Source: Nageia nagi (taxonomy: Eukaryota; Plantae; Pinophyta). Taken from it: a DNA stretch of 64,000 nucleotides. The stretch is from assembly GCA_050084985.1 (NCBI GenBank), contig JBITNC010000001.1:94736001-94800000 (forward strand), in the 5' to 3' direction. Positions within the stretch are counted from its first letter, which is position 1. Each line of letters opens with the position of its first letter. Positions 11,314 through 26,500 of the stretch are shown here, piece after piece. A program made the position numbers and the translations under genes. The notes under the pieces are model-generated. The model saw only the letters and a program-made list of their open reading frames with translations, did not search any database and was not told where the DNA came from.

Positions 11314-12984
11314 ATTACATGCCATAATTCATATGATATCTTCCACCCTTTGTCTATTTTTTTAATACATAGTCAACTTAGTATATACAATTCCCTAATT
11401 AATACCTTCCTTCATTTCACTAAGAGTTGTTAGAGATTTATCAATTGTTTAGAGTTAATTCTTGAAGCACTAGAAAGTAAAAAATTTCCCATTTCTAACC
11501 ATTTATAACACTTTTTAATATCCTATGACAAATACAAAAGTTACAAAATATTCATTTCACCCTTATATGCATCTTGTCAACTATTGAAATCTTTAGCAAT
11601 TAAGTTATCTTATCATTAAACTTCCTTTTCTATATGTTTAATGTGTATTTGACCAATTAAAAGCTTATTCCTCAAAATTTCTAACCATATATAACATAAA
11701 ATTTTCTTGAAAAATGTCAAAGTTATATCACCCTAAAGGTGAATTTAAAAAATTCCAATTTGATTATTAGAAATTATATTGATGACATCAACTTGAGACC
11801 CCAATTCATTAGAGTTATACTCATCCATTTTGGTTATAGGATACACCATTATAAAGGATCCTTTGAATAATTTACAACTACATATTACAATGTATCTATT
11901 TGTGAAGTTAATTAAGATGAATAGGTTGCCACATTAACATTGGTGGTCACATCTCCTTTGTCACCATAATTTTTGATAGTTTTAGTAACTCAAACTAAAA
12001 TGTACATTGCAAGAGATCCATATCTCTATTTGAAGCAAGGGATTACTCATTGGAAAGGTATATTTATATGTCCAACCACATTCAAATCATAAAATTTTAT
12101 GTTGTATAATCTGGATGACCATATCAATATTCACCTTACTACATTCTCATATTCCATGCCAACAAAGGAGTTCACCAGAATATTGAAGCATCATCAAAAT
12201 TCATCATATGTTTAGAAAATTCTTCACATCAGTAGAGATTGTTTAATTCTTCAAATCCTTTAGTTAAGAAATTAAAGATTGTTTTGGAGTCTAGCAATAT
12301 TCAAGGTTCTTATCAATGCTTGCAAATTGATGTACATTTCAAGTCCAATGTAGTATCATTACTTAGTGCTTTTATTCACCATCATTAGATTATGATGACT
12401 TCAAAACTTTTACATGGTATTATAGCATGATCCTATAGTTTTGTAGCTTTACAACCTGATAACCCTCAAAGTTCTAACACTTTAGGGTCTTGAGAACTAT
12501 AAAAAAAATTTAACCTAATATTCTTTTTTCCTATCCATACTTTTTTTCATTCCTCTCTCACATAAAATTCTCTTTAATCATGATAATCATTATCACTTAG
12601 AGGAGGTATATATTTTTTATTTGATTAGTTTCTTCTTGAATCTTAATAAACTTTTTAGATAGATATTATTATTAATCCTCACACATAAATAACAAATAAT
12701 GTGTATAATTATATTCAAAAAAGAATTTAAACTATTTGAAAGATATATTGGTTAAATTACTATTCTTAATAGATATCAATTATTCCCCTTGTTTGATAAA
12801 TATTTGAGAAGTCATCAAGGATCTATAAAAAAGTGTTCAAGTCTTTGAGCCTCTTCTACTAATATCATCTCTTGTACAAATATTGTTTTTGGTGGGATCA
12901 TATGCCTTCCCATATAAATACTAGTAGCCTCTTAGCAATTTCTCAGATGCAAGTCTTTGAAAAATAGACATTAAATTGTAAATA

Positions 12985-13850
12985 GAGGTCAAAATAGAAT
13001 TAAATAATATAAATATAAATATATAAATTAAAATAAAATAAAATAAAATATTAATAATAGGGAATTCCATGATATTGTTATAAAAATAAAAATAAAAATA
13101 AATTGAAATAAAATTAAAACCAAAATTAAAACAAAATTGAAATTACTTTGTAGCAATGATTGTTAAGATAAGGAAGTGCATGACATTATTCTAAAAATAT
13201 AAATAAATAAAAGGGAGAAATGAATGATTAGATTTTAAAAATATTATAATAATAATAATAATAATAAACTACTATAATAATAATAATAATATGAACGATA
13301 AAAAGTATGAATGATAATATTAATTACTATAAAAAGTATGTATTGTGATCACAACTCAACCAAAATGATTGAAAGATTTTTTCCATTAAATATAAGATCT
13401 TATCTATAGATGTAAGCTCAAATTTTGGAGATTTATATTTTAATTTTTATGTATAAATTTGTGTCCATAGTAATATTTAAAAAAAAATTGAAATTAATTA
13501 TCTAGTAATTTCTATTGATTTATTTTTATTGCATTGTGGCGCAAAAGTCTATAAGGTATTTGAGGATAATTTTATTAGTTGTTTGATGCATAGGTTTAGA
13601 AATCTTAGACTTGTTTTCATAGAGACCTTTTTTTCATTATTGAAAATGAGCTCTAAAGGTGTAAATTATAATATCAGTAGCTATGTTCCCTGCACCAATA
13701 TAAATCATTTAGAGCCAAGGAAAGAGAAATAAATAACTAAATATGTTTCAAATTACATGTCAATCTCTAAGAAGAGGTCCTTAACATGGAAAATTATATG
13801 ATATATAATTTGTACCCATTACACAATGGGAAGGGTATTACATCTTGATA
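12985..13850. repeat. Diverged copy of the region upstream of the MADS-box gene (29807-30748)
   Basis: Colinear shared blocks: CAAAATAGAATTA, TACTTTGTAG, AAGGAAGTGCATGACATT, AAAGGGAGAA, GCAAAAGT.TATAAGGT, AGCCAAGGAAA, TCCTTAACATGGA, ACCCATTACACAAT. ~70% identity by eye. Confidence 0.75.
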
Positions 13851-13912
13851 CTTATGGAAAATGAACATCATAGTCAAAAGATATGGCTTCAAAAAGGTGT
13901 ATCATGTTGAGA

Positions 13913-14152
13913 GGTAGCAGAAGTCTGCTACTGAGTGGTAGAAGTATGCTATTGGGTAGCAACAATATGCTACCGAGCAAAAGTAGTAGGTAGTAGAATA
14001 CCACCAAGCAGTAGTAGGATGCCATCGAGCAGTATTAGGTTGCAATTGAATGGTAGAAGTATTCTATCATGTGGTAGTAACTAACTACTATTAGAAGGTA
14101 GAATGCCACTATTACAAGACAACATGCTACCGTTCGAAGGTAGACTACTACC
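13913..14152. repeat. Degenerate ~21-bp tandem array (GGTAGAAGTATGCTACCGAGT-like)
   Basis: Recurring GGTAG/TGCTAC/TGCCAC motifs at roughly 20-bp spacing. Confidence 0.5.
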
Positions 14153-15157
14153 ATATTTAAAATATGTCATCGTTTAGAGGAGATCCAAAAGAAAATAAGA
14201 ATGGATGTATCAAATTTATTATTTAGAGTAATTTATTTATATGGGGTGATTTAATCAAAATATAAATAATAATTTGTAATTTTAAGGCAAAGTTGGCTAT
14301 TTATTATTTCAAAATATTAGCAATTTAATAAAAATTTAATTTAAAATTTAAATTTAACTTGGCAAACTTGGGTTGGAAAAAAGATAATAAAAAATTTTGG
14401 TGACATGGATATTGTTCTAACCCAAAAAATTAGTTATTTTCCATTTTAAGAATTTTTAAAATTCTACTTATTAGCAAATATTTGTGGCTAAAATGATCCC
14501 TGGTGCAAGTATTATTATTAACCCTACAATAGTAGGATATGCATAAAATAAAATACTGTAGAGACCTATAAGTATATGCATTTGTCAAGTGTAAAACTAA
14601 CTACATGATGAAAAACTATAACTTAAGAAAGTGTTAAAAACTAGTCTTAAAGTAGTAAGTTGGCAAAAATATATTTTATATACTTAATAATTGTTCAACC
14701 TAGAAATATAAATACTATGTTATCTTACCTCCACTATAAACATTGGATGTCTTTCCACCAAGATAACATGTTCAAAATATCATGAATTAGATAAGTTAGA
14801 TCTAGCTACATTTACAAGCTCTGAGTAGATATATCACCATTATATTTCAACATTATTCCGAATATTACCACACAAAACTTGGATTCTATATATATATATA
14901 TAGAAGCATTTTTTTATTTATAATTTCAAGATGTATAACAACCACACCTCTTCTAAATATATGTGTATTTTTTAAAAATTATATAAAAAAATGAAATAGT
15001 GGGTCTATGTACCCTCTTAGAAAAATATAAAATAAATAAAATTAGGGTATTCATGTCAAAAGTAGGACCAACCTTAATACCCATATCAAAAATTTAAAAT
15101 CTTGGATTTTAGAAAATTGCCTATGGATGAGGCATTAATATTTTCCTTGTCATATGA

Positions 15158-15201
15158 TGTGTGTGTGTGTGTGTGTGTTTTTAATATATATATATATATA
15201 T
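15158..15201. repeat. Compound (TG)n / (AT)n microsatellite
   Basis: Directly visible. Other simple repeats: (TAA)n ~13245-13290 and (TA)n ~14887-14902. Confidence 0.9.
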
Positions 15202-15699
15202 GATTCCATGGCCAACACTTTGATTTAGCTCACTATGATTGAGCTTGGATGTCTTGGGAAACTGAGGAAAACATATTTTGGAATAATTTTCCTATTGGGA
15301 TAATGCTTCAAGGCTACACCCTTTTTTATTTATTAATTTGAGAAGCGATGGTTTCAAATCGACTCATTTTAACCCCTCTACATTATGTTGGTTTTAAATA
15401 GCTTGTAAACAAACACCCCTAAAATTAAATGTGGCGATTATTAATTTTTGCATTATCTTTTTTTGGTGTAGCTTATGGGGCAACTTCTAATAGTTACATT
15501 ATATGTTTCAAGCAATAATTTAATAGTCTATATGATGGTAGTTATTAGTTGTTGCTATAGAGGATCCACTTTTGGTGGCATATGTATAGATAGTGATGGG
15601 ATAACCATTATTAAAGCACTTTAGGGGGGTTTAAAATATTACAAAACACCCTTTTTAGTCTAGTGTGCATATATAGAGGATGGAATTGTTTGACAAAAT

Positions 15700-16700
15700 A
15701 CCACATCATAATGAAATCTCATGGGATACAAGTTTACCAAGAAATGTATAAAATAAATGTATTGAAAATAATTATAAATTATATAATGGAATGCCAAAGG
15801 AAATGCAATAAGTACTTTTACAATAGTAACCTGTAAGTCTATCTTGGAGATACTATATATGGATAGGTCAAAATTAAATCTAATGCAATAGGTGATTGAA
15901 TGAATGCCCTTTCCTTTTGAAGGGTATTATAGATAATGAAGGTTTTTAGGAGTTGAAGACATGTTGTAAGGTGTAGAGTGTAGTGTGTTTCTTCTTTTGT
16001 AGTAAAGATGTGAAATGCCTACTTCATCTTTCTATCTTGATAGCATTGTATGAAAGTATTACTCACATTGATGTATGGATTTCTATTTGGGTGAGAAGTG
16101 ATGTGATTGAATGACTATGCAAATGTAAACAAAAAAGGGTCTTTTCCATTAAATATAAAGGTGCATCCCTATGGCCTTATAATCTTAATATTTATTAAAT
16201 AAAAATGTAGCAATAAAATACCATCACCATATGCATAACTCATGACCTTACAACCATTTATTTCTACTTATTAATATAATTTCAACTGTAGAGAATGAAT
16301 GCATCACAAAGGGGCTTCTATAAGGATTTGATATACCATAATATTGATTCCATTCAAAAAATATACCATCAAATATTTGAAGTAACAAACCAGATATCAA
16401 AATATAGACAAAAAGATTATGAAATAAAATTTACATACATTAAATAAATTACCATACATTGAATTCCAAATAGATAATAGGGATTCAAAAATTGGGCAAG
16501 AGAATTAGAAAAAGGCTTACTTGATCCACATTGAGCAATTTCAATCAATAGAATGATTTCCTTGACCCTATTGTACCCTTGCAATATAATTCTTTTCCTA
16601 TTTATTCTTACAAAAACTAGATAAGGGTATGTCAATATTAATGCATGCTTATCCCATATCTCCAATCAAATCTAGATTATATTTTATGTTTAATGAATAA
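15700..16700 (-). mobile_element. Highly degenerate Ty3/gypsy pol-like remnant
   Basis: Weak RT/RNase H-like fragments on the minus strand (e.g. 'HSITSLLTQI'). No long ORF. Confidence 0.3.
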
Positions 16701-19700
16701 AAAATAAGGGATGAACCTTGATCCTTTCTAGGTTGGATTTCCAAACATACTTGCCTAAATATTTTCAGTAGAACATTCCTAACATTCTCATGCATAGATG
16801 GTTTCATGGTGAATAATATTTGATGCATTTTAATGACACGATGGTAAACACTATATGAGATTTGTAATTTTAATCATGCTCCTTTTATTTATTTGATAAT
16901 ATGATATTCTCCCCTTACTTTCCATACATTTTCTTTTTTATTTCTATTTTTATCTTAATATATATGTAAGTGCCTGATATAGTCATTATGCCTTTCGTTA
17001 TTTTTTTTAACTTCCTTATTAATATATGTAAATGCAATGAAGAGAATTTATCATATCATATACAAATGTACATAGGTTGTTATAGTCTTAATATTTAAAT
17101 GATATTATAAATGCCCTATAATATCATGTAATACTTGAAAAGTATGCCTAGGATATTTGTAGATTTGATTCTTTGAGGATGAGTGATATGATTTCAATGC
17201 AATGATGGTGTATTATTAAAAATTCAATGATCATATCAAACTAGGATATGCTGGTTAATTTTTTCCCAAATACAATTTGACTTATGCAACTATGATCATT
17301 TAATGCCATCATACATCTAGATAGGATGATGGTGTTTCTTTAACCTATAAGAATGGTGCAAAGTTTTATAGTAGACAATGTGCAAGATATGTTAGATAAG
17401 TTATACCATCCATTGGCATGAAAACCTTATGTAGTCAAGAGATGTGATAGTCCTCGTCATACAAGGGTATCAATGGTCCATCAATACATCATAAAACATC
17501 AAATAAACATAAACAATACTAATATTGTGCAATATAGTATCAAGTAAAACTAAAATATCATGTCATCATAAGCTAACTACAAAAAAAATTACAACTCATT
17601 AACACATAAATCATCAATTTACAAATTAAAACCACATCTCAAGGTTGTGGTCTAGCAAGCCATGATATTCATGCTTGGTTAAGTAGGTTTTTCTTAGAGC
17701 AGTCAAGGATGGGGGAACTACTAGGATGTATGCCATCTTTGAAGTGTAACATATTTGAATACCATGAGCTCACAAATTAGTATATTTGGGTTGCATAAAA
17801 GCTAATGCTATCCCTTGATGATACAATTATTGATGTGAAATAGAAGTAGGCATCTTATCATAAAAGCTTGGGTTCATATAAGCAAATAAGTAGTTGATGG
17901 TATGGTGGGGTGGTTCGAGTGGCCAACATTAGCCCTTTGGTTTTGATTTTTGTTCTTATATCCTACCATAAATTTTGGGTAATGTTCATGGTCAACATGT
18001 TCTCTTAGTTTATTTTATCATTTAAGGCACCTAGAAAAAAATATTAGATGATGTTGATGCAAGAGTGAGCCCTTGGACATGGTTATCATTCAGATGCCTA
18101 CCATAGAAAATAGATTATGCAGGGGCTAAAATACACCCTTAGTTATGGTTATCATTTAAGGCACCCCAAAATAAAATTATGAATCATGGAGACCTAAGAA
18201 ACCTTGATCCATAAGCTTGATCATAAATTTAATTTGCATATGGATAATATGCAGTAAATTTTATATAATCGATAGGTTTTTATGATGTTGTAGGTTTATG
18301 AGTACCTTGAAGAGGCCTTCAAAGGTCTTATTGACTTGGTATGTGCCCATGTTATTAGGGATTGGTGATGATAACTATGTAGAGGATAGAATGAGTTGGA
18401 GTATGCTCCGAATAAGATAAAATCTATTAAGTTTAAATCATTCCTATGTACAAGTCATGGTTGACTCTTTGTAGATTTTTAATAAATATATCTTTTCATA
18501 GATGGATATGAATGTAATTATACCTATTTAGTAAGTTATATCAAAAGGATGGAAAAATAAGCAAATGAATTTTGATTAAGCAGTAAAATAGGTTGGCAAG
18601 AGCCCAATGGTACACCAAAGTTTGAGCATATTTTCTACACATTTTCTATGAGGGATCCCTTAAGGAATATCTATACTAAGTGATAATGATTAAAAGATAA
18701 GTGATATATATGTTATAAATGAAATATAGAAATTGATAACCCAATGGTTCTAAAAAGATTTGTATTGATGAGTTAGGTAATTTGGCTTGAGGTAGTGTTA
18801 GACCTTAGGACCTTTGATGATAGTAGTAATCTCAACTCGAAAGTGTAGTCATGTAAGATACATTCCCCTTATCAAGAGTTTCAATGGTAATGTATCTTCT
18901 TGGTATAGTGGTTTATGTAGTAGGCATTTATTATGTGTATGCATTAGTTTCAAACTGTAGGACCTATCTATATTGTATGGAACAACCTTGATAAGGTATA
19001 TTGTAATCACTTATATTAAATGATTTGGTGACCTTTCTATGTTGGTAGGAGCTCTTGTAAATGAATGATTTAGGAAGTGGAAATAGTTAAACTACTTTTC
19101 ATATAACTCCCAAGGATTTTAGTATTCTTATTATTCCTAAATTCCTCCTTGATGCTAGATGATGGAAATTGAGGGAATTTGCTTTAGCTTTGTATGTCTA
19201 GGTTATGGATAGGGGACTTAGGATAATTGAGGTGTGAAGACACCTACATGAAAAGTGTCAAGTTACATTCCCACACCATTTAATTTGTTGAATGTTGAAT
19301 AGTAGCTTTACTTTTACTAAACTTTTATGTGTATCTAACTTACTACTCAAAACTAACCAAAGGCTACATGGTATGGGACATAAATGCCTTATTAATTTTA
19401 ATGCACCCTCATGACCACATGGGAATGGGAATGTGGATTAATTAAGATAAAATGGACCTTATAATAAAAAAAATAAACCAACCAACTAAATCATAATAAA
19501 ACTAGCTAATTATAATGAATTTACTTATTGTGTGAGTTCACTAGTGGGATTTTGGGGATAATGAGAAGAGTGTTGGTTGTAGTGTGTACTACTTTCATCC
19601 AAAACTTTGAGATAATGGATGTTTAGGTTTATGTTTAAGTTCATAGGATAAAAATTTATCATATTGATAAAAATGACTTAGTGTTGTGGTGGATAAAACT

Positions 19701-20789
19701 AGGGCAATCTGAAGTGTACTTCAAAAGGATAGTTAAGTGTTCCTCTTTGGTGTTGCTAATCAAGTCTACAAGAGGATGATGTCAGATGTTAGTATTTAGC
19801 ATATTAGGCCAAATCCTTTGGTATATCATGGTTAGTATTCTCATAAGTGGTTTAAGATCCTATCTCAATTCAGTTAAGATCCATGCTTGACAAGGTTTTT
19901 GAGTTACTTGAGTTGAATTATGAGAAGTTGGATTTTGCCTATACATGTAGTGTTATGTAGACTAACACATGAGGTTGTACCACTTAATACATGCATATTA
20001 TGGTTAATTTTGAGCATATAAATGCTATCATAACATATCAAAATAGCCACTATTAGTGCATCTAATGTGAACCATGTTTTGATTATGTATTTATTACTCT
20101 CAAAGTTCTCTTGAGCTATGTAATATTAAGATTCAAAATTGACTTCATTAGGTGATGTTACCATTGTATTCAATACAAATCCACTTATGAGTTATTTATG
20201 GATGCAACCTTAAAATTTTAAACTCCAAGATGATAATGAAGACCCTTCTTTAGGTTCATTATCTCCTCTAAGAATTCTATGTGTCATCTATGACTAGGTT
20301 TGTCTAATGTCAAGATACCACCCATTTCTAAAGTGGGGGAGAATATGAGAGGGTACCCTCTCATGGTGGTGTGGGTGGGAAGAGAGTAACCTCTTGGACC
20401 ATGTACACCATCACCATGGTACAAAATACCATACTAGAGGAACCATGGTGGGAATAGCTTATAAGAAACCATTCTGATGGTTGGATTAGATGGGATAATT
20501 ACTCAAAGTGCTTAAGGGTTACCATAGTGATGACTCAATGGATATTCTAAGGTTGGGTGGTGAGTTAGGGATCCTTTGGGATCCTATGATGATGCATGGT
20601 TAAGCAAGCTTGGTGTCATAATGGACTAGGAGCTTGGTGTCTTGATAGGTTGGGTTATATCCTAAAGGATATAATGCCTCAGGTAGACTATAACTAAGGA
20701 GTTGATAGTTAGGTGTAGTTAGAGTAGACTTCATTATCATATCTATAAGAGTGGTTTGTATTGCCTATGCCAATATCAGGTATTACTCC

Positions 20790-21660
20790 AATTTGAGCTA
20801 AACCATGATGGGTGGCTCATACTGGTATTTTCACAAGAATAATTCTTTATTTTTTGAGCTTCTTGTTGGCAGCCAAAGAAAAAGAGTGAAATTTTGATAT
20901 TCAATTTTTTGGTTCCATTCCCCTTTCAGAAAAGATAGAGTAACATTTTTTTACCAGGGATCTTTTGAGTCCATCAAAATGACTAATCTAGCTTTACTAA
21001 TGTTGATTCTCCTTATCAAATTTTCTTTTGTAAGTTTATCCATGTATCAATAGGTGCCAAGTGTATTACCAATTTTAATTAAAAATTTCAATCCCCATAA
21101 TTCAATTAGAAGGGCATACATATTTACCCAAAATAAATGTAAATAGATTTTTTCAAAGAAGGGATCAAACTAAGTATACTATTCTCTCATATAAATCCTC
21201 CTTTGTACAAAAAACCAATCAAAGTGATATTTCCATACAATAGACAAAGAAAAACTTATTACGCAGCAAAGTTACCTAATAAGATGCAAACCATTTCTTA
21301 TGGATAAATGCTTTAAGGTATATCAAGCATGATCTTCTTCCTCTTATTTTACATATAAGTGTTCATTTTCCATGTTAAATAAGATCTATATAAAAATCAT
21401 TTTCTCCAATCTTAACCCTAAGCATAATAATAGCCATGATTTGAGTGCAAAACCCTCAATCAAGGTCTCCTACATTTTTATTTATATTCAATACATCCTT
21501 TCCCTTGAATAACTTGCATTTATTTTCCTTCTCAAATATATTTTTGGATTCAAACCTCCATTCTTGATTCTCTTTATTGCTTGACTAACACCTCCTCCTC
21601 CGCCACTTTGCTCATGTAACTTCCCATTGCTCTCCTCAACCTCACTAGGGAATCTCTTGA
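20790..21660 (-). mobile_element. L1-type LINE ORF1 (DUF4283-like) remnant
   Basis: Minus strand ~21135-21055 reads FWVNMYALLIELWGLKFLIKIGNTLG, matching the plant L1 ORF1 motif vWVrl..LP.e.W....l..Ign.lG. Boundaries approximate. Confidence 0.65.
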
Positions 21661-22299
21661 CTTATTAATGTCACATGCATTATCCTCCTATATTTTTTGA
21701 TACATTTTTCTTATTTTGACTTGACCTTCAAGGTTAAATTATGTATTGCATACGATATTATTTGTTAGCATCGTGCTCATCATGCTTGATCAATGTTCAC
21801 AATGGAGATAATTGATTCAGGAAAGCTCATTTGATGAACATCTCATTATACAATAACACTTATGTACAATGATAAATCCCATCCTTGTCAAGATATTCAA
21901 TGAGATGCATACAATTTTCTCTTTGATGTTATCATCATTGCATAAATTTTCAAATAAAATTTATGATATTTTATTCTTAAAATATAAATATACATGCTTT
22001 GAACATTAAATAAACATTAGTATTTGAACACTTGAATCACATCTAAGGAAAATCAATGATACATTCTATAGAATGAAAAATCTCACATTAATGTAAAAGG
22101 TGTAGATCTCTAGAATAAATGCATCTATAAATGAAGATTAAAGCAAAATATTCCACATGCAAGCAAGTCCAAGGAATACACCACAACTAAAATTATGTCT
22201 TTATACATCACCAATTAACCTTAGATTTGTTATGCTATAGTTGCGATGATCATATTCTATTATTTGCACTAGATTAGACTCTCTAGATTTTAGAGCATC

Positions 22300-23575
22300 T
22301 ACACCCTAAATTTGACTATTTTAATGGCATCAATGCACTTGTTACTACATGTGATTGAGTGTTAATTTGATTTCTTAGTGCTCATCGATGATTAGAAGGT
22401 AAGCATGTGATAACTTATTTCACATGTACTCAAAGAGATATATTCATTTATGAGGTTTGTTAATTTATTATTTATGGTTTACATTTTTGATGAACTAGAT
22501 ATGAAAATGCCATTTTTTCACAATAATGCCTTGTAATGATAACAACTATCAAATTTATCAAATGAAATTTTTGCTAATTCCATAATAATCAACATACCCA
22601 TAATGTGCTATAAATTGAATTTAGGATGTTAGAATCATGAAAATAGTATTATCTTCTAAATAAAGGCACTACATCTCTAAATTTTAGGCACATAAAAATA
22701 ATAATGCATATGTTTCTCCTACTGACTATTTTCCTTAAAGAATACATATCTTACCAATAGTGTTTCAAAAGCTCTAAGTCATGGTCACCCCATGAACATA
22801 ATTTCTACAAAATTGCAGGTCAATGTGATAAAAAGATTAAAAAATCTTTGGGCATATCAAGTACCTCATCAATTAAATGGTTGTAGATTATGAGTTGCAA
22901 TAATAATATTTTACAAGGTAATATTATATATATTTCATCCTTGTTCTTTTTACCTTGAATACCATTATCATGGATATGATCTATACAGGTATTATTTCAT
23001 TTATTTCCATATATTATCCTAAATATTAGGACCTACATGGTACCTAAAATACACTTTGCACACTTGCTATCATTTTGATCTGATTATATCATAAAAGCGA
23101 AAAGCAAGTGGAAATTCTAAACCAAAAGGGGCAAATGAGATATCATACTTAGCATATGAATTGTGAAAAGGAAGCCTACTTTGACTTTGAAAATTTTTCA
23201 CTTCCCTAAAATTCATTAAATTATGCAATTTCAAAGCTTTTTATTTCATATCCAAAGAGGGGAAAAATGTAGACACCTAAAAATGATTTATTATTTATTT
23301 AATAAATCATATTTTAGATTTCTCTAAAAGTATTAAACGCAATATTACAAATTTCAAGATAAAGTTGATATTATGATGCATTGCCATGTGCTATATTAAA
23401 TGCAATATTATTTACTATGGTTCATATATTTTAAATTATATTGAATATAAAAAAGATTATATTATTGCTATGAGTTAGATTTCACTCCTTTCTATTTCCT
23501 TATAGGTTATAAATACAGGAGTTGGAGGTTCACATCCCTATTAGATCTCTCTAATAGGTGGTTGTCCATAGATTG
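22300..23575 (+). mobile_element. 3' end of a gypsy-like LTR element: PPT plus truncated LTR
   Basis: Purine tract AAAGAGGGGAAAAA (23254-23267) directly followed by TGTAGACACC (23268), with TATAAATA at ~23508. Cut off by the 3.2 kb repeat. Confidence 0.5.
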
Positions 23576-23579
23576 ATAA

Positions 23580-26500
23580 AAATGGAGTTTTTTATATAGG
23601 CTCTCGAAATCTATTATATGGATAACAATTATTTTCTTACCCAACCATTCCATGTATGTAGCTCAAATTTATCCATGTAACCAAATGAATCTCTAGGGTT
23701 TTAACAATATCTCCAAACCTATTACAATGTTTTTTGGTAACCAACCATCACCTATATGTAGCCAAAAAGAAATAAAAATAGACCTCAAGGGTTTTGTCAA
23801 AACATGAAAATATCACCATGAATTATAATCTACAAAGTAACAAGATCAATCAAAATTCATAACTTCACTTAACATCACCACTAGAATCAATAATGCCTGT
23901 AGGGTATAATGATTCCTTCTCCTACTACCCATTTATCATTTTTTATGGCTAGGACAAGCATCCAACCATCTCCTATAATGTTTCAACTATTGAATCGCCC
24001 AATTAAATCCAAACAAATATATGAGGGTTAGGGGATCCCTATGTTATGACTGAATCAACCTTCCTCATACCATTTATCATTTCACTTGGCAAATATAGGA
24101 CCTTAACCATTTCCTACAAATTTCAATGCCTAATTATCAGATATGACTTTAGGGATGGGATAGCTGCCTATTATAACTAATTCCTCACCATAAATGCATT
24201 TTTCTAATATTGAATACACCTAATTCATTAATAAATCATAAATAAGGGCATCATACCACCATTCAAACCACCTGAAATACCATTTCCACCATTTAATATG
24301 CTTATATTGTAGATAAATCATAAAAGAGGGTACCGAAAACTCATGCAAAAAATCTTAAAATGTCATCTATTATCTTCAAGTTCCTAACTTCATGAAGATT
24401 TTTATGGGGGAGGGAACATGCATGAAATATATATGTCCCCTCAACCCTCCTTTTTAAATTACAATGTATTGATAAAGATATTTATGTTTACATATACTCA
24501 TTCTTGTTGTATTATAAAAAAAAGATGTTTAGCAAATTTACTATACAAATCTCCTTCAAGTGGATGAATAGGGACACCATACAATTTTCAACTACAACAT
24601 CTAAACTTCAACACTCCAACACCTATAGTGCCCTTTTGTAGTATCATTACTCCTCCAACAACTCCATGTAAGTATCTTCTTCATGCATCTTCTTAGCTTG
24701 TGAAGATATCTAGTTTATATATAGAAAGATCTACTAACTTAATATTATTATTGCTATCATATATTCTTTCTTATAAATATCCTCATCTATCTATGGCAAT
24801 GTGGTATTGAGTGAGGTGCATGCTTACCCAACATTATTTTTTGAGTTCCCTATGGTGTGCATGCTTACCCAACATTATTTCATGAGTGCCCTATGGTGTG
24901 CTTGCTAACCTAACATTATATTGTGAGTACCTTATGGCGTGTGTGCTTACCTAATATTATTTTGTGAGTGCCCCATGTCATCACCTATCTCTCTCTTGTA
25001 GATAACTTATTTATTATCTTACATTGATGCAATCTATAAATAATCCCAACTATGTAAATGATCCCATGAGGTTCATAAATGAGTTAGTTTTGATTCACTT
25101 GTAGAGACTACAAGAGAAAATATACTAACTATTATATTCAGTTCAACATTATATTCCTTGATATCTACCTAAGTATTATATTCAGTTCAACATTACAACT
25201 GGAGTGGTGCATGAACTCATTAATTCCACTTAATATCATAGCATATGTCTTTAGTGTATGGTAATGTTGAATCCATAGATTCTATAAACCAACATATTTT
25301 GTATGTGAATAACTACCCATATTGAATTTGTAAAGCATAAAGTATATAATAGTTTATTTAGAGAAATATAGAGAATTAAATTTTAGTTTGATATTTATTG
25401 ACTATATTTTTCTTTCAATTTATTCTATGTGTTTATTCATGTATGAAAAACATATTCATTATGTTTTCCAATAGAAAAACTAATAAGATTTTGAGGGTCT
25501 TTTCTTTATCTTTGCACATCACTTCATCATAAGTATTTCATATTTGGAATGCCCTTATTTTTTCTTTCTAATAATAAATTACATGCCATACTTCATTTTG
25601 AGATCTTCCACCCTTTGTCTATATTTTTTAATACATAGTCAACTTAGTATATACAATTCCCTAATTAATACCTTCCTTCATTTCACTAAGAGTTGTTAGA
25701 GATTTATCAATTGTTTAGATTTGATTCTTGAGTCATTATAAAGTAAAAGAATTCCTATTTCTAACTATTTATAACACTTTTTATATCCTATGACAAATAC
25801 AAAAGTTACATAATACTCATTTCACCCTTATATGCATCCTGTCAACTATTGAAATCTTTAGCGATTCAGTTATCTTATCATTAAAGTTCTTTATTATATG
25901 TTTTATGTGTATTTGATCATTAAAAAGTTTCTTCAAAAATGTCAAAGTTACATATTTGAAAAATTCCAATTTGATTATTAGAAATCATACTGATGACATC
26001 AACTTTAGATCCAATTCACTAGAGTTCTACTCATCCATTTTGGTTATAGGATACACCATTATAAAGGTCTCTTTGATTAATTTACAACTATATATTGCAT
26101 GGTATATATTTGTGAAGTTAAGTTAGATGAGTAGGTTGCCACATTAATAGTGGTGATCACATATCCTTTATCACCATAATTTTTTATAGTTTTAGTAACT
26201 CAAATTAAATTGTAGATTGCAAGAGATCCATAGATCTATTTGAGGCAAGGGAGTACTCATTGGAAAGGTATATTTATATATCCAACCAAATTAAAATCAT
26301 AAAATTTTATGTTGTATAATCTGGATGACCATGTCAATATTCACCTTATTATATTCTCGTATTCCATGCCAACAAAGGAGTTCACCAGAATATTGAAGCA
26401 TCATCAAAATTTCATCATATGTTTAGAAAATACTTCACATTAGTAGAGATTGTTTAATTCTTCAAATCCTTTAGTTAAGGAATTAAATATTATTTTGGAG

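Larger units (their letters stand above)
750..12563. repeat. ~3.2 kb dispersed repeat, copy 1 (750-2759 + 11319-12563), split by copia element 1
   Basis: Colinear, roughly 90% identical by eye to 23580-26777. Probably a decayed gypsy fragment (weak RT-like traces on the minus strand near 12200-12400). Confidence 0.85.

Noticed and set aside
17600-20780. A definable retroelement in this interval
   Set aside because: It looks like decayed LTR-element sequence (PPT-like AAAGTGGGGGAGAA ~20330), but I could not find paired LTRs, a TSD or reliable protein motifs.
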